Origin: Rhizophagus irregularis
Taxonomy: Eukaryota
Assembly (NCBI RefSeq): GCF_026210795.1
Contig: NC_089431.1
Coordinates: 2,666,001 to 2,730,000 of the forward strand
Direction: 5' to 3'
Length of the DNA: 64,000 nt
Made by a program: the position numbers and the translations under genes. Shown piece by piece: positions 42,441 to 55,709 of the stretch (position 1 is the stretch's first letter; the number at the start of each line of letters is the position of its first letter). The notes beneath the pieces were generated by a model. The model worked only from the letters and a program-made list of their open reading frames with translations, had not been told where the DNA came from and did not search any database.

Positions 42441-44573
42441 TAGTATTATTAAGTTCATCATTGTTATCTGTATTTGATTTAGTTTTTGGTGCAGTTGCAC
42501 CATTTCAGAAATTATGGTTTATTGTTTTTAATAAATAATAAATAAATAAATTTATTAAAAATTTTTTTTTGATTAAATTTATATTTATAAAACCAGTGTG
42601 TTTTTTATTAATTATCATTAGAAAAAAATTTAATTATCAGCCAATTAGAATTGCAGAATTGCGGGTTGCTAATCGCAATTCAGCTCAAAAATTCGCAATA
42701 TTGCGAATTTTGGAAATTATTTGCGAGCCCATCCTTAGCTGGAGTGTTAAGCTGAAAGAAAAATATCCATACCTGAATATTGTTTTATTAATAGCGTGGC
42801 CAAAAACAGCCAGAAGTGCTAAAGCATGACACAAAAATAAATGCAAATCAAGTCAAAAAAAATAATGCAAATATATATGTGATTCACACATCACACAGTC
42901 CCTGTTCATTTCGGCAAGAATTTTACCAAATATCTTCTGCACATTTCAGGTAATCTATCTCACATGATTATTACGACAATAATAATAACCTGATTTTTAT
43001 GTAATCTATTTTTGACCAGACACTAAATTTAAGATAAGTAAATTTAGAGTATTATATTAGTTATGGAATAAAACTTACCAATTGATTCTGATATTAGTGT
43101 TGTGGATGGAGATTACAAACTTTTGAAGGCTCTAGGGTTAATAGTTGATGATGAAGAAACTGAGATAGTTAATGGGAATGACAAATTCGAGGTGGATGAA
43201 GATGATGATGATTAGGGACCGATGATGACGAAATATATAATGGGTTGGCTCATCATCGTAATATTATTTTTAGGGAATTCACCAGGCCGTCCAGGCATCT
43301 TTTAGATATTTCTGAGCAAGCAAAAAATGGATTATTTGACACATTTTCTAAATCTGATGTATTTGGATTGTTAAAACACATTAATGTCTGTATAATGCAA
43401 TAAACAAAATTGGCATATAACATTTTTTATGTATAATACAATCATACCACCCATATTCATGCATAGTACACAAGTTAAAAAATAAAATCCAATTTGTGAA
43501 TAACAAATATTTTATTTATTATAATGATGAACTATCAAACATGCTAAAGTAAGAAAAGTAAATTATAAAGTGTTAGGTTGTATACATACATTATGATGTT
43601 TTTCCACTAACTCTACTAATTATACAACCTTTTCATTTGACACTAATAACTTAAAAAAAGTTAATAAGATTTCTGAGTAAGTTGTCATAATTTGCTTCAT
43701 TCGCTTCCTGATAGATTGTAGCTCACTATTCTAAAGAATTTCCATGAGAAAACCAAAAAGTTTTAATTTCTTGCAATTGTTTTTTAAAGTTTCTATTTTC
43801 AAGTACCTTATCAAAGGAAAACCTCTCCATTACTGGATTATGAAATATCAGGTAAAGTGATCGTACCAAACATATGAAATCCATTCTTGAATTATAATTA
43901 ATTGCTTTGTTGTTATCCAATGATTCCAGAATATCATCTGGCATACATTTAAGCACTCCAGCGAATGGCATATTATCACCTTCCATTACACTGTATCTCC
44001 AGTCAGCAATCAAAATGTTTCCATTATTATCACGAAGAAAGTTGTATTTTTGAAGGTCCCTATGTACAATGTGGTATTGTGAATGAACAACTTTAAGGGT
44101 TTTGATAATTTTTTTAATATCTTCCTTTCACAGATTTTTGACTTTCATACAAAAAAGAGTCATAACCAGGGTATTTATATTGCTTAGAAGGAGTTTTGGA
44201 ATATGCGGTAAATTCAATTCTGAAAGTCGAGTCAATGCATTCCTTTCTTGTTTAAAACAAAACAAGTATTCATTCTTTTTTGCTATTTTTACAACTACAA
44301 GTTCTTTATTGCTGTCAATTCCTTCGTATATAATGCTAGTTCTTCCTGCACTAATAGATTGATTCAGAGTTATAGTAACACTGTCAAAATTTAATGATGG
44401 TTCAACCTAAGAGGACTCCATAATTATCATTAAGTATTTCCATCCTGTTGGAGGTTCAGAATCAGCATATTTGTAAATTCTCAAATGCTGTGTATTGATA
44501 CATAAATTGATTATCGCTAGTTTTAGTTATCTTATAGATAGGTATAATAATGCAATCTGTCAACACCACATAT

Positions 44574-45125
44574 TAGGGATGATTATGGTTCAATGAACCG
44601 CGGTTTGAACTGAGTCAACTCGACTCATGGTTCAGTTTGCTCGTACTCTGAACTGAACCGCTGAACCACGGTTCAGTTCAAGTTGACTTAGTTTAAACTG
44701 AACTGAACTGAACTGAGAATTGTATTTAATGATTATGTAATATCACTATCTCTTTAAAAGGTAAATCATTAAAATTAATTATTAATTTAACAGCAATTAA
44801 CATTTAAAAATTTTTATATTTATATATACAAAATTAAAAATTTTCACATTTGTATACAAAATTATTCAATATACTAATAAAAATAAAGAATTGAAAATTT
44901 TATATGATCAGCAAGACTTAAATTATAAATTTTAGTTTATTATACAATCCAATAACATGGATATTCAATAGTGTCTTGTTAAAATTGCCCAAATTAAACC
45001 TTTAATATGAACCGGTTCAGTTCACTGAACCGAACTTTTGAACTGAACCATGGCTCAGTTCATTCAAGACGTAAATCGAACTGAACCGGATCAGTTCAGT
45101 TCAGTTCGAGTCATGATCATCTCTA
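44574..45125. mobile_element. hAT-type MITE with GAACT subterminal repeats
   Basis: TIR TAGGGATGATTATG / CATGATCATCTCTA; 8-bp TSD CCACATAT / TCACATAT. Confidence 0.85.
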
Positions 45126-45898
45126 TCACATATACATGTTGTTTTCGTGACTGAAGTTAGATCACTTTTTCATCAAATGCTATTGCATGTTCTACATCTG
45201 CATTTGCAAATTGGCTGGTTTGGCTGGTTCGCTTTCTTATTTCTCCAATGGCTGCAACATTCAACAGATCTAAAGGTCTTCTTTTTTGGATGAATATGAA
45301 ATCTGGTTTTTGAGTATTCAGTAACGGTTTAAGATATGTATCTGCAACTATAAGTTTTGTTCCCCTCGTCCTCTTTAATTCATTGCATTCTTCTATAAAG
45401 TATTCTTGCCATATGTCTTCAATTTTAGAAGCGTCAGGTTGATCCTGAAACCTTCCTCTCATACCTTGTCTGCATTGTGTTGTGGTCAATGTAAATGGAA
45501 AAGCCATTTCATTACCAATGGATTTCATCTGTTTATTTTTTTCAGTCTTCATCATAATACCTAAACATGAATAATTAAATAGCATCTGCAGAAAATGGTT
45601 GATGGGCTAAATGACATACCTGGTGAACTTAACCATGACTCTGCAACATAACGTACTCTCTTCACTTCACTTCTAAGACTGCCTACTTGTTGTATGACAA
45701 CTTGCTCAAATTCTCTTTTCAGAGAAACTATGTCAGGAATATTACCTTAAAAGAGTTTAGAGTTTAAAATTATTGTTAGGGAATGAAAAAGTTCGCATTG
45801 ACCAAAAATTTATTACAACTCACTTACCAATACCAGGTTGCTCTACGATAACGCGAATGTGTTTTTTGGGCGGGTTTGATGATAAGAAGCAGGAAAGA

Positions 45899-48393
45899 AG
45901 GACCCCGGAAAATACTTATATAGGTAAGGTCCCAAAAATATTTTTTATTATGATAGTAGCTCTAAGCATAGGTTTTTACTATGATCGCTAAGCATTGTTG
46001 ATATCTAACCTTAAAAATTATATAAAAATAAGCAAATCAATCTTCTAACCTAATTAAATTTTTATTATAACACATATAATTTATAAAATATATTTATTAA
46101 TTAATATATTTTATTAAATCCAATTTTAAATATGTTGTGAAGCTAAACTAAACATAATATACAAGTAGATTAACAATATTCAATTAATAAAGTTAATAAA
46201 CAGTAAAAGAAAAATTCGAAATTAATACTATAACAAAAAATGTAAATTTCTCCATAAGTATTATACTTACACCCATAAAAATTAATATGTAGGTAGTTTC
46301 GACCTTGCTGAACAATTTTCAATTAATTTAGAAAGTCGATTTCATTTGACCAAAGAGGTGTAATTACGCTCTGAAGTTGTAAACGGAGAAATGAAAAATT
46401 CGGAAGTTAGTACCGTAATGAAAAATGCACTTTTCTCCATAAGTATTATACCCACACTCATGAAAATTAATATATAAGTAGTTTCGCCCTTGCTGAACAA
46501 CTTTCAATTAATTTAGAAAGTCGATTTCATTTGACTGAAGTGGTGTAATTACGCTCTGAAGTTATAAACGAAAAAGTGAAAAATTTAAAAGTTATTACCG
46601 TTAAAAAAAATATGCTTTTCTATATAAATATCATACTTAGCCTTATGAAAATTAAAATACAAGTAGATTTAACTTGCTGAACAAACTTACTTAAACATAA
46701 AAGATAATTTGATATAACCAAAGTGGTGAGTAGTGAAATTATATTTTAAAGTAAAACATATTTATAGTAATTTTATTTAACAAAATAAACATGTATAATA
46801 TAGTAATTTTATATTAAAATAATACACTGAGTTTAATAAAAATTAAAAAGATACTATTGACAGATAATTAATAAAACATTGAAAAAAAAAAATTTCATCA
46901 AAAAAAAATTTTTGTTTATGTATTTATATAAAATTGTGAAATGTAGTACAAAATTAACACTCACCGTTAGTGAAAATAAAATAAAAATTAATTATAAATT
47001 CAATATATAATATTTTAAAAAGTTATATAAATATGAAAAATAAGCAACTAAAAACTCTTAGTATTTTAAAATAATACCAAAAATATGCAATTTAATTATC
47101 TTACATAGTATAAAATTTTCTTAAAATTAAGCATTATAAAATTCTTACATTATAAAACTTTACTATGTTGGCTAAGCTATACTTCTCAGTAGAATTAAAA
47201 AGTCAATGTCAAAATATTATAGCATAGCCAAAAACAATTACGTCAGTACAAATGTTTACTAATAAAACATATAATTACGGCGAATTATGGCATTTTAATT
47301 ATATCTGTCATAATTCAAAAATTCAATTCCGCTGATAAGTATAGGCTAAGCACCTTGGTACCTTACATATATAAGCATTTTCTGGTAGAGCTCCGAACGG
47401 GTCAGGTCAACCCGGGTGACCTGACGGGTTGACCCGAAAAATTCAGGTCAGGTAGCAAATTTAATGATCCGACCTCGGGTCGGGTCAGTCACAAGTCGGG
47501 TATCTGACCCGACCCGTTGACCCGATATATTTTGGGTCAATAAAAGACGTTTCGGCGTTTTTTATATATAAAAAATGCCAACCCGTTTTTTTGACTCAAA
47601 TCCGACATTTGTTCATAAAAATAATAATAATAAACGTCTTTTTTTAATGAAAAAACGCCGAACCCGACGTTATTTCATTAAATAAATCAAAAAAACGTTT
47701 TTTAATGAAAAAACGCCGAAACCGACGTTATTTCATTAAATGAATGAAAAAAAAACGTTTTTTAATGAAAAAACGCCGAACCTGACGTTATTTCATTAAA
47801 ATAAATAAAAAAAAACGTTTTTTTAATGAAAAACGCTGAATCCGACGTTATTTCATTAAATGAATAAAAAAAAACGTTTTTTTAATGAAAAAACGCTGAA
47901 CCTGACGTTATTTCATTAAATGAATAAAAAAACGTTTTTTTAATGAAAAAACGTATAACCCGACGTTATTTCATTAAATAAATCAAAAAAAGACGTTTTT
48001 TTAATGAAAAAAAAGCCGACCTGACGTTTTTCATTAAATGAATCAAAAAAACGTTTTTTTTTTAACATCAACGGGTTGGGTCAGGTACCCGACCTGACCC
48101 GATATAAAAAACGTTTTGGCGTAATCTAATATGTAAAAAAATGCCAAAACGTTCTTTTCCACAAAATAATTGTAAAAAAAAACGTTAGAGCTTTTTCTTA
48201 TAATTTGATATATAAAAAACGCCGAAACGTTTTTTTGATCCAAAATATCGGGTTAACGGCCGGGTCTGGGAAGTACCCGAACTGACCCGTGATATTCGGG
48301 TCGGGTCATCAAATTCGTGACTCCCCCTCGGGTCGAGTTAAGTCAATTACCCGACCCTACCCGACCCGTTCAGAGCTCTATTTTCTGGGTCCT
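45899..48393. mobile_element. AGGACCC-ended non-autonomous element (8-bp TSD AGGAAAGA) with three ~185-bp internal repeats and a nested hAT
   Basis: Left end AGGACCCCGGAAAATACTTATATAGGTAAGG matches the right end once the nested element is removed; perfect TSD at 45891-45898 and 48394-48401. Confidence 0.85.
47386..48380. mobile_element. hAT-type element inserted in the TIR of the host element; seven ~60-bp internal repeats
   Basis: TIR TAGAGCTCCGAACGGGTC / GACCCGTTCAGAGCTCTA; perfect TSD TTTTCTGG; GACCCGA subterminal motifs. Confidence 0.93.
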
Positions 48394-48907
48394 AGGAAAG
48401 AAAAGCACAAGATTAAGTAAGTATTCAGTATTATTGGCAGATACAAATAAAACCTATAAGAGAATGTACCAGGCTTTAGAAGATTTTTCAAACAATCAAC
48501 TATCTCATCGTCATCAAGGGTAGGAAAGAGATCTTCTACTTCAGTTCTTTTATTTGGGTTATTAAGAAAGAAAGCGCATAGCGCACCTTTTTCTTCTTTT
48601 GTGAGATTGAGAGATTTGATTGCACTATAGACGAGAGATGACATAATTATCTTATTGAGACGTACAGTTGTACAGTAGAATTTAGATTTAAGAAATTGTT
48701 ATTTTATATATAAGAAATCGATTGTCGCACAAATTGATCTGACTCATCAGTTGATCAGTTACACAACTAACTTAATACAGATATCTGTCACACCAGATTA
48801 CAAAAATCATGCTTTACAATATTTTATATAAAAAAAGTGCTAAACTTTGAGATTGTGATACGCATCACAGTCTTGGGATTTTGTAGTTTTTACATATCAG
48901 ATGATAA

Positions 48908-49061
48908 GGGCAGTGACATTTATTACGTAATATCCATTTACTATAAGCCCATACTCCCCCACCCCCATGTAATATGAAAAATCTTATGTTACACTTATAT
49001 GTTATATGACCTTTAAATACCCTCCCACCCCTAAAATATTACGTAATAAATGTCACTGCCC
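48908..49061. mobile_element. PIF/Harbinger (Tourist-like) or Zator MITE
   Basis: Perfect 26-bp TIR GGGCAGTGACATTTATTACGTAATAT; TAA TSD. Confidence 0.9.
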
Positions 49062-49159
49062 TAAGCGAAAAGAATATTCACGGTACTTTATTAATGAGTG
49101 ATGAAAAAATAAATACAATAACTTGTTATACACAATAATAATATATAAGATTTGTAAAT

Positions 49160-52100
49160 TATGCTACTATTGTGAACTTGAGTTTATTGTTTGAAGTGTT
49201 ACAGGTAAAACAATATTCCAACTTATCCTGAGAATACAACTTTGCTAATTCAGGATCATAAGGGAGCTGATTCCTATTTTTGCGGTACTATGAGCCATGT
49301 AATAGGACCCCGCTTACTTCTAATAAAGGTCTCCGGGCAAAATTTCAGATTTACTAGTAATTTTACCAACCTTTCTTATCTCATAATTTTACCATATATA
49401 TATAGTGACCTTTTAAAATTATATTAAATTTTACCTTAGATTTTCAGAGACCTAAATTTTTTTAAATATTAAATAAACAAAATATTTTATAATCATTACA
49501 ATAAATTTTAAAAATTTTTTATTTTTACTAAGTTTAATTCTTATTCTTTAAAGATAAATAACTTTTATTAGTAAAAAAAGTACTTTGAATTACAAAAATA
49601 CTATAAAAAAAATCTTAAAGACACACATCTTTAACTTTACTTCAAAACTATTATTCACTTACTTTCTTTAAAAAAATCTAATTGATTTTTTTAAAAAAAA
49701 AATAAATTCGTAATTGGTATTATTATGAAAAAATGCTCGTACCCCATAAGTATTAATCCAACTGCTATGAAAATATTTATCTAAATATTTTCGACCTTGC
49801 CGAACAACTTTACTTAAGCATGAAAAAGTGATTTCATTTGACCAAAGTGCCCAAATTACGCCCTATAATCACTGATCGGGAAAATAAAAAAAAATTAAAA
49901 GTGCGAAAATTGCTCGTATTCCGTAAATATTAAACTGATTCTTATGAAAATTAATATTCAGGTAGTTTCGATCTCGCCGAACAATATTACTTAAGCTTAA
50001 AAAGGTGATTTCATTTGACTAAAATGCCCAAATTACGCTCCGAATTTAATAAACAAAAAACGTAAATTTTAAGTTAATATTAAAATAAAAAAATGCTCGT
50101 ATGCAATAAATATTACTCCAACTGCTATAAAAATTCAAATATAAGTAGTTCGACCTTACTAAACAACTTTCTTAGATAGTAAAATATGATTTGATTTAAC
50201 CAAAGTACTGAAATTAAATTCTGAAGTTGCTAATTGCTGTACGAATTTTTATATTTTAAAAGCTAATTTTTGTAATAATTTTCAAAAAGATAGTGCTAAT
50301 GCAAATAAAATTAAAAATATAAAATGGTTTTTACAAGTATAAAGAAGAGAATAAATTTTTTATTTTGAGAAAAAATTATAAAACGTATATTACCAAATAT
50401 TGTAATAATTGTTGTACAATATTTCAAATTAGTATATATAAGGTAAATATTAAATTTTATATACAATTTTACCTTATTATTTACCGAAACATTTGTAAAC
50501 TTATATTTGATTTTACCTTATAAAACCGGAAACCTATTTTAACTTTACCTTACATATCCGGAGACCTTTATTTGTCATATATATAATTTTACCTTTATCT
50601 ATTAAGAGACCTAAAATTTTTTTTTAATATAAATTTTACCTTATATTTTCGGAGACCTCTATTAGAAGTAAGCGGGGTCCTCATGTAATCCATAATTCCT
50701 ATGTTTTTCATCACAAATGGAACATGATGAGCTTCACAGCTGAGATGATGCAAAATCATGATTATCAATTCTCCTAAAACTATTTTGAAATTTCAAGTAT
50801 GGGAAGTGTTTTATCATAGATTTGATAATTAATTCTGGATTGGGTTTGGCTTCGAAGGTGATAGGCTTGAAATCAGAGACTTGAGGTTTTTCTGATATAC
50901 TTATTATGATTTCTGAATTCTGATAGTTGCTATAACTCATTTTCAGTTTCTTTTTTATATCTTTTGTATAATTTTAAATGAATCTTATCTGTCAAAATAC
51001 TTGGTAACCCAATTAATTTGGTATGCCAATCTAGATAATCGGCAGTTAGTATTTTAACAGACTCAGTCATTTTCCTTTTTATATGATTGCAGGCAATTCA
51101 AATCCTATTTTCTCATATAGACTATTCATATGAAAAAAAGATTAAAATTTCCAGACTATTATAAAGCGATAAGACTATGCAACTATCTCAATTTTACGCT
51201 GTTCACATTTAATAAAGTACTAAAATCCTGCTTTATATCTACCTTCTATTTCTTCATCATCATGACCTAATTTGCATAATAGGCAAATATAGTCCCACAT
51301 AATGTCTTATCAGTAATCCCATAATAATCAAAATTTTCACTACTACATTCTCTATATAGATTAGAATATTGATTTAATATCTTGTTGCGAAAATAGGAAT
51401 GATCATAAGCTGGTTTAGATTAGAATGCAGATGATACACTTGCTTGAAACATGTCTGATGAAATTTCTAGTGAAGCATTTGGTTGAGAGAATGTTGGTAC
51501 TTCAGCTGGTATGGTTTGAGATACATTTATGATTTTTTTGCTAGTTATACAATCCAGTGTAATCGAAGCAGTTATATCACTAGCGATCATTTTTGAAGTC
51601 ACATAACTCTGATCATGAACATTGTTCCCAGTTTTATTGGTAATAGTTAAGTTCACTTAATCTATAATGTATTGAATTTAAAGGTTAGTGAGTCTGAAAA
51701 TACTGTCAGCATTATAGGTAATCTAATTAACCATATGCCATCTTATACCTTTAATTTTTTTCAGAGTTATAGGATTGTAATTATATCCAAATAGCTTATT
51801 GATCTTCTTTGCTTTGCTTATTATCTTACGCAAATATTCATCAGAAATGTCTAAAAGGTATGGTTTTATTTTATTATAAATTTGGGACCTTACTGTTTTA
51901 TCCTTAAGATTTTTGTCCTCTTCATGACCTTATCTTCGAATCTTTTAGAGTAGTGATCCCAAGATGAAATCTCTTTCTGCTTAACTTTGATCAAATTTTT
52001 CCTTGCTATACTCGCTCGATAAAATAAATAGGCAAGTTCCTGCGACAAGAAAGAATTAATCGCTCTATCAATAAATTCAATATTAATAAATTCCCTCTGG

Positions 52101-52834
52101 AAATCATCCACCAGAAATCCTTGTAATAAGTTACTTAAATGCATAATTTACGTTAGCGGAGCCTTGAACTTTCGATTTTACCAAAGCTTATCGCCATTAA
52201 GCACCTTTCAGGCATTTTTTGCACAGAGTCTTCCAATGAAATCTTTTCTTGATCATGAACAATGTTCACAGTTATTGTATTACTTTCATTTACATCATGA
52301 TTTCTTAGAGAAGTTTCTGTAACACATGATAAGTCAAAAGAGACAGTTGACTTATGTTAAATTTTCTTCTTTTTGTTACGTTGCCTTATCTTATCACTAA
52401 CCCTTTTTTTATGTACCTATCCAAGAAATCATCCGTCTCTTTATACTCCAATGTTTAGTTTCATCGTGTGAATAGGTTTGCATACATTAAATTAAATGTG
52501 TTATCAGATGTATTTAATGGATTTGCCATCTTTTCTAGTTTACTCAGGCGAACAATATTGTTGGGGTTCTTGAAGAACTGGCATTAGCTGATGATTGTTT
52601 GATTTCCTTGATATCATCATCCATTTTGGCAATAAGGTTAGTTTTTTCTTTATCTCTTTGCTCTAGTCTCATGAACTTAGCTTCATGTTTTTCCAAAACA
52701 CACCTTAACTTTATATTCTCAGCTTTGACCTTTGCATTCTCATCCATAACCTTAATATATTTGGCCTTAACCTCAGCATTCTCAGCTTCAAGTTCAATGA
52801 TGCGTTATCTCAATGAATCAAGTTTAGATGACAT
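49160..52834 (-). pseudogene. Coiled-coil protein pseudogene of an expanded family, 3' end split by the 49304-50681 element
   Basis: MSSKLDSLR*RIIELEAENAEVKAK.., LAYLFYRASIARK..WDHYSKRFEDKV, CLLCK; many stops and frameshifts. Confidence 0.6.
49304..50681. mobile_element. AGGACCC-ended non-autonomous element with three ~180-bp internal repeats
   Basis: TIR AGGACCCCGCTTACTTCTAATAAAGGTCTCCG; perfect 8-bp TSD CATGTAAT. Confidence 0.93.
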
Positions 52835-52999
52835 AATAATATTTTAATACTCTATAATGCTAGTATTCAAAATCAGAAAAATATGTAGGCCATTTTGACT
52901 GATCGTGAACATTGTTCACGGGTTTGCCAAGAAATTTTTTATTATTACATGCAAAAAAATAAATACATAGTTTGGGACTTAACCTGTGATACATAATGT

Positions 53000-54540
53000 T
53001 TATGCTAATACTCTATCCTATTATTCTGTTTTTACCTGCTTCAATAAACCCTGTGATTTAATCTGATTATTAAATGCCCACTTGATTTGTCCAAACAAGT
53101 CCTTGATAGGTTCTACCAAATCGTCATAGATCAATATAGCCTTATTGATTGGTAATGGAGAGAAAGACAACGAACTTACCTAATCCACAGTAGTTGATAC
53201 AATCCCGTACATTACATCTTCCTGCAAACCTGCCGTATCATAAGTTTATTTTTTAAGATTGTTCTGGGTAGATGTCTGCAGTTAGATCGCATTTTATGCA
53301 ATTCCTTAATTGATGTCCTCTTTTTTCACCTTAGTGATTGTGATAATGATATTCCTTATCTTTATAGTCCAATCAACAGGATCTTTGCTGTAACTTTCTA
53401 AGATTTTATGCTGATGATAAACCTTTATTTCACCTTCATATATTGATGTTACACCATAAATGATATGGGAAATATATTCACAACAGGTGGCTTTATTGGC
53501 GCTTGTGATGTGTTGGGAATTGGAATGTCTTGTGTAATCTCAAAAATTCATCTATAACTAAATTTCAGATTTCTTCTGGCGTTTTTTTAACACTTCCAGC
53601 AAAAGTAGGTAGTTCATTATAATCGTCTGCTTTTAGGTTGAAGAGTGACTTCATCTTATCAAACCTCTATGAGAAGAATGGTTGTTGTGCTGTTGTGAAA
53701 ATACAAGATTAAAGCTGTTAGTATCTGTTATGTAAATATAACGAAGAAACATAGCTAATATTAAATATTACTTACATGTAAAGCTGCTACCTGAAATTAG
53801 GAAATTTTACTATTTGCCGAAACCAAAATGGTAAAATTAATTTAGGAAAAATACTTAATTCCAAAATGCTGAAACTATTCTGAAATTCTGATTGGCTGTT
53901 ATAATATCACGTGACCAAAATTAAAATTTTTACCAAAATTATAACTGTATTCTAATACTATAATTTTGGCTCTGTAGCGATCTTCCTGACACGTGTAGCT
54001 TCGATATTCACTTTGTGTAATGTATATACCATATAAGGAAATTATGCGTCTTTATGCACTGATATTACACAAAGTAAATATAAGCAAATAAAATTGAAGC
54101 TTCTGCTATCGGAAAGATACGATACGAGCTAGAATTATGGAATTAGAATACAGATAAAATTTTAGCAAATTTATAAAGTCATGTGATTTTATAATAGGCC
54201 AATCAGAAGTTTTAGACAATTTCAGGAGTTTTGGAAAGATTTTGGGATTTCAGAAGAATTTTGGGATTTCAGAATTAGTTTCAGAAACAAAATTCTGGCT
54301 GAAATTATTTCAGAATTAAGAAATAATTTTGGGTGGCAGCTTTACTTACATGTGTTCAAGACAATTGGAAGGTCAACTTTGAACTCTTAAGACCAGATTA
54401 TACATACCAAATCCTCATCATCTACCAAACGAATACGTTTTTTTTCACTTTTACGATTTATGACAATATGCTCATCCTCAGTTTCATCTGGGAAAGTAAA
54501 ATAAGTTCAAAGCCTCATTTTCAAAGCTGACAAGGTTATT
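53000..54540 (-). pseudogene. Crinkler-like PD-(D/E)XK nuclease pseudogene
   Basis: EYISHIIYGV..PVDWTIKI..KVKKEDIN*GIA*NAI*L..GIVSTT; in-frame stops; split by the 53779 element. Confidence 0.5.
53779..54344. mobile_element. hAT-like MITE
   Basis: TIR TAAAGCTGCTACCTGAAATTA / TAATTTTGGGTGGCAGCTTTA; perfect 8-bp TSD CTTACATG. Confidence 0.9.
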
Positions 54541-55486
54541 TGCCCTGAAATCTAATGATAAATAAATTATCATATCATTTTTCCATTTTTAAATTGATTA
54601 GCATAATAATAATTGTAATTTATAACATATACTCTAAGATACTCCTACAAATAAAATTTTACTCAAATTACCATATTTTTCTTTTAGTAACCAATTGGAA
54701 ATCAAAAATTGTTGATAATTAAATCAAATTAATATGTATTTATTTTGTACATAAGAAACATAAGAATTAATAAAATATTTACAAATGGAATAATAATTTA
54801 TATCAAATCTAGGATAATTATGAATCAGCTTAGACACCATTTTTATTATAATTTTTATTTAAAATAATATCAATACACTTATTAGGCCTTACTTTGTTAA
54901 TATGAATTTCTGATATATTTAACAATTTATAGCAATTTTATATTGATCTATAGTAATTTCAGTAAGTTATTGCAATTATTTATTAATTTATACTAGTAGT
55001 AGAAATATTAAATTTAAATTTATATAAATTTATTAATCCACTGTAACGTATTTATATTACTTAGCTTTTAACCAACTTTTAATCAATTTCTTGCCCTCTT
55101 TTCACAACTCAAATTATAAAATGAATTATAAATTAACCAATTAGATTTTATGCAATAACTAAGCTACCATTATTAATTTCTATTTTTTTCTAATTGTAAA
55201 GTCTAGATACAGTATTTAAGCTCATTAAAATTATGTAAAAACAGGATCAATATCTGATTAAATTTATTTCTTGAACTTACACTTCTTGATGTAAACAAAA
55301 GATTAACATCAAGTTAAATTTACCTTTCAAAAATACTATGCATATAATTAGTTTATTTTTCTGAAGAATAAATAAATTAATTAACATAGTATAGCATATT
55401 AAGTGATAAATAAATATATTTATATGCTTATATAGTTCTACCAATTTCTTACAGAATATAGCTTACATATTTAACCAAATCTTACC

Positions 55487-55709
55487 AGGACCCGCTTACT
55501 TATAATAAAGGTTACTGTAGAAAATTGGCCCTTTACTAATAGTTTTTACCTTACTTTTTTCTTAAATTCTATTGGTTAATTGGCTAAAAAGGAAAAAATC
55601 ATAACAATGTAACATAAAATTTCCTTTTATAGTAGGATCTGCAAAGAATTTTATATATGATTTTTACCTTAGGCCTGGGGTGGCTTATCTTATAAGTAAG
55701 CAGGGTCCT
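55487..55709. mobile_element. Short AGGACCC-ended MITE
   Basis: TIR AGGACCC(T)GCTTACTTATAA; 8-bp TSD ATCTTACC / ATCTTACT. Confidence 0.85.

Larger units (their letters stand above)
40453..42737. mobile_element. Old hAT-like non-autonomous element carrying exon-intron array 2
   Basis: Degenerate TIR TAAAAATGGTGTCACAAATAA versus reverse complement TAAGGATGGGCTCGCAAATAA; 8-bp flanks GCTGAAGC / GCTGGAGT; subterminal TTGCAGAATTGC repeats at both ends. Confidence 0.6.
43651..48644 (-). pseudogene. Crinkler-like PD-(D/E)XK nuclease plus protein kinase pseudogene, interrupted by transposons
   Basis: PPKKHIRVIVEQP (CRN HVLV-like), KPDFIFI..AIGEIRK (REase-like), VVVKIAK, HIVHRDL..NFL and ILIADW kinase motifs; in-frame stops. 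Confidence 0.75.
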
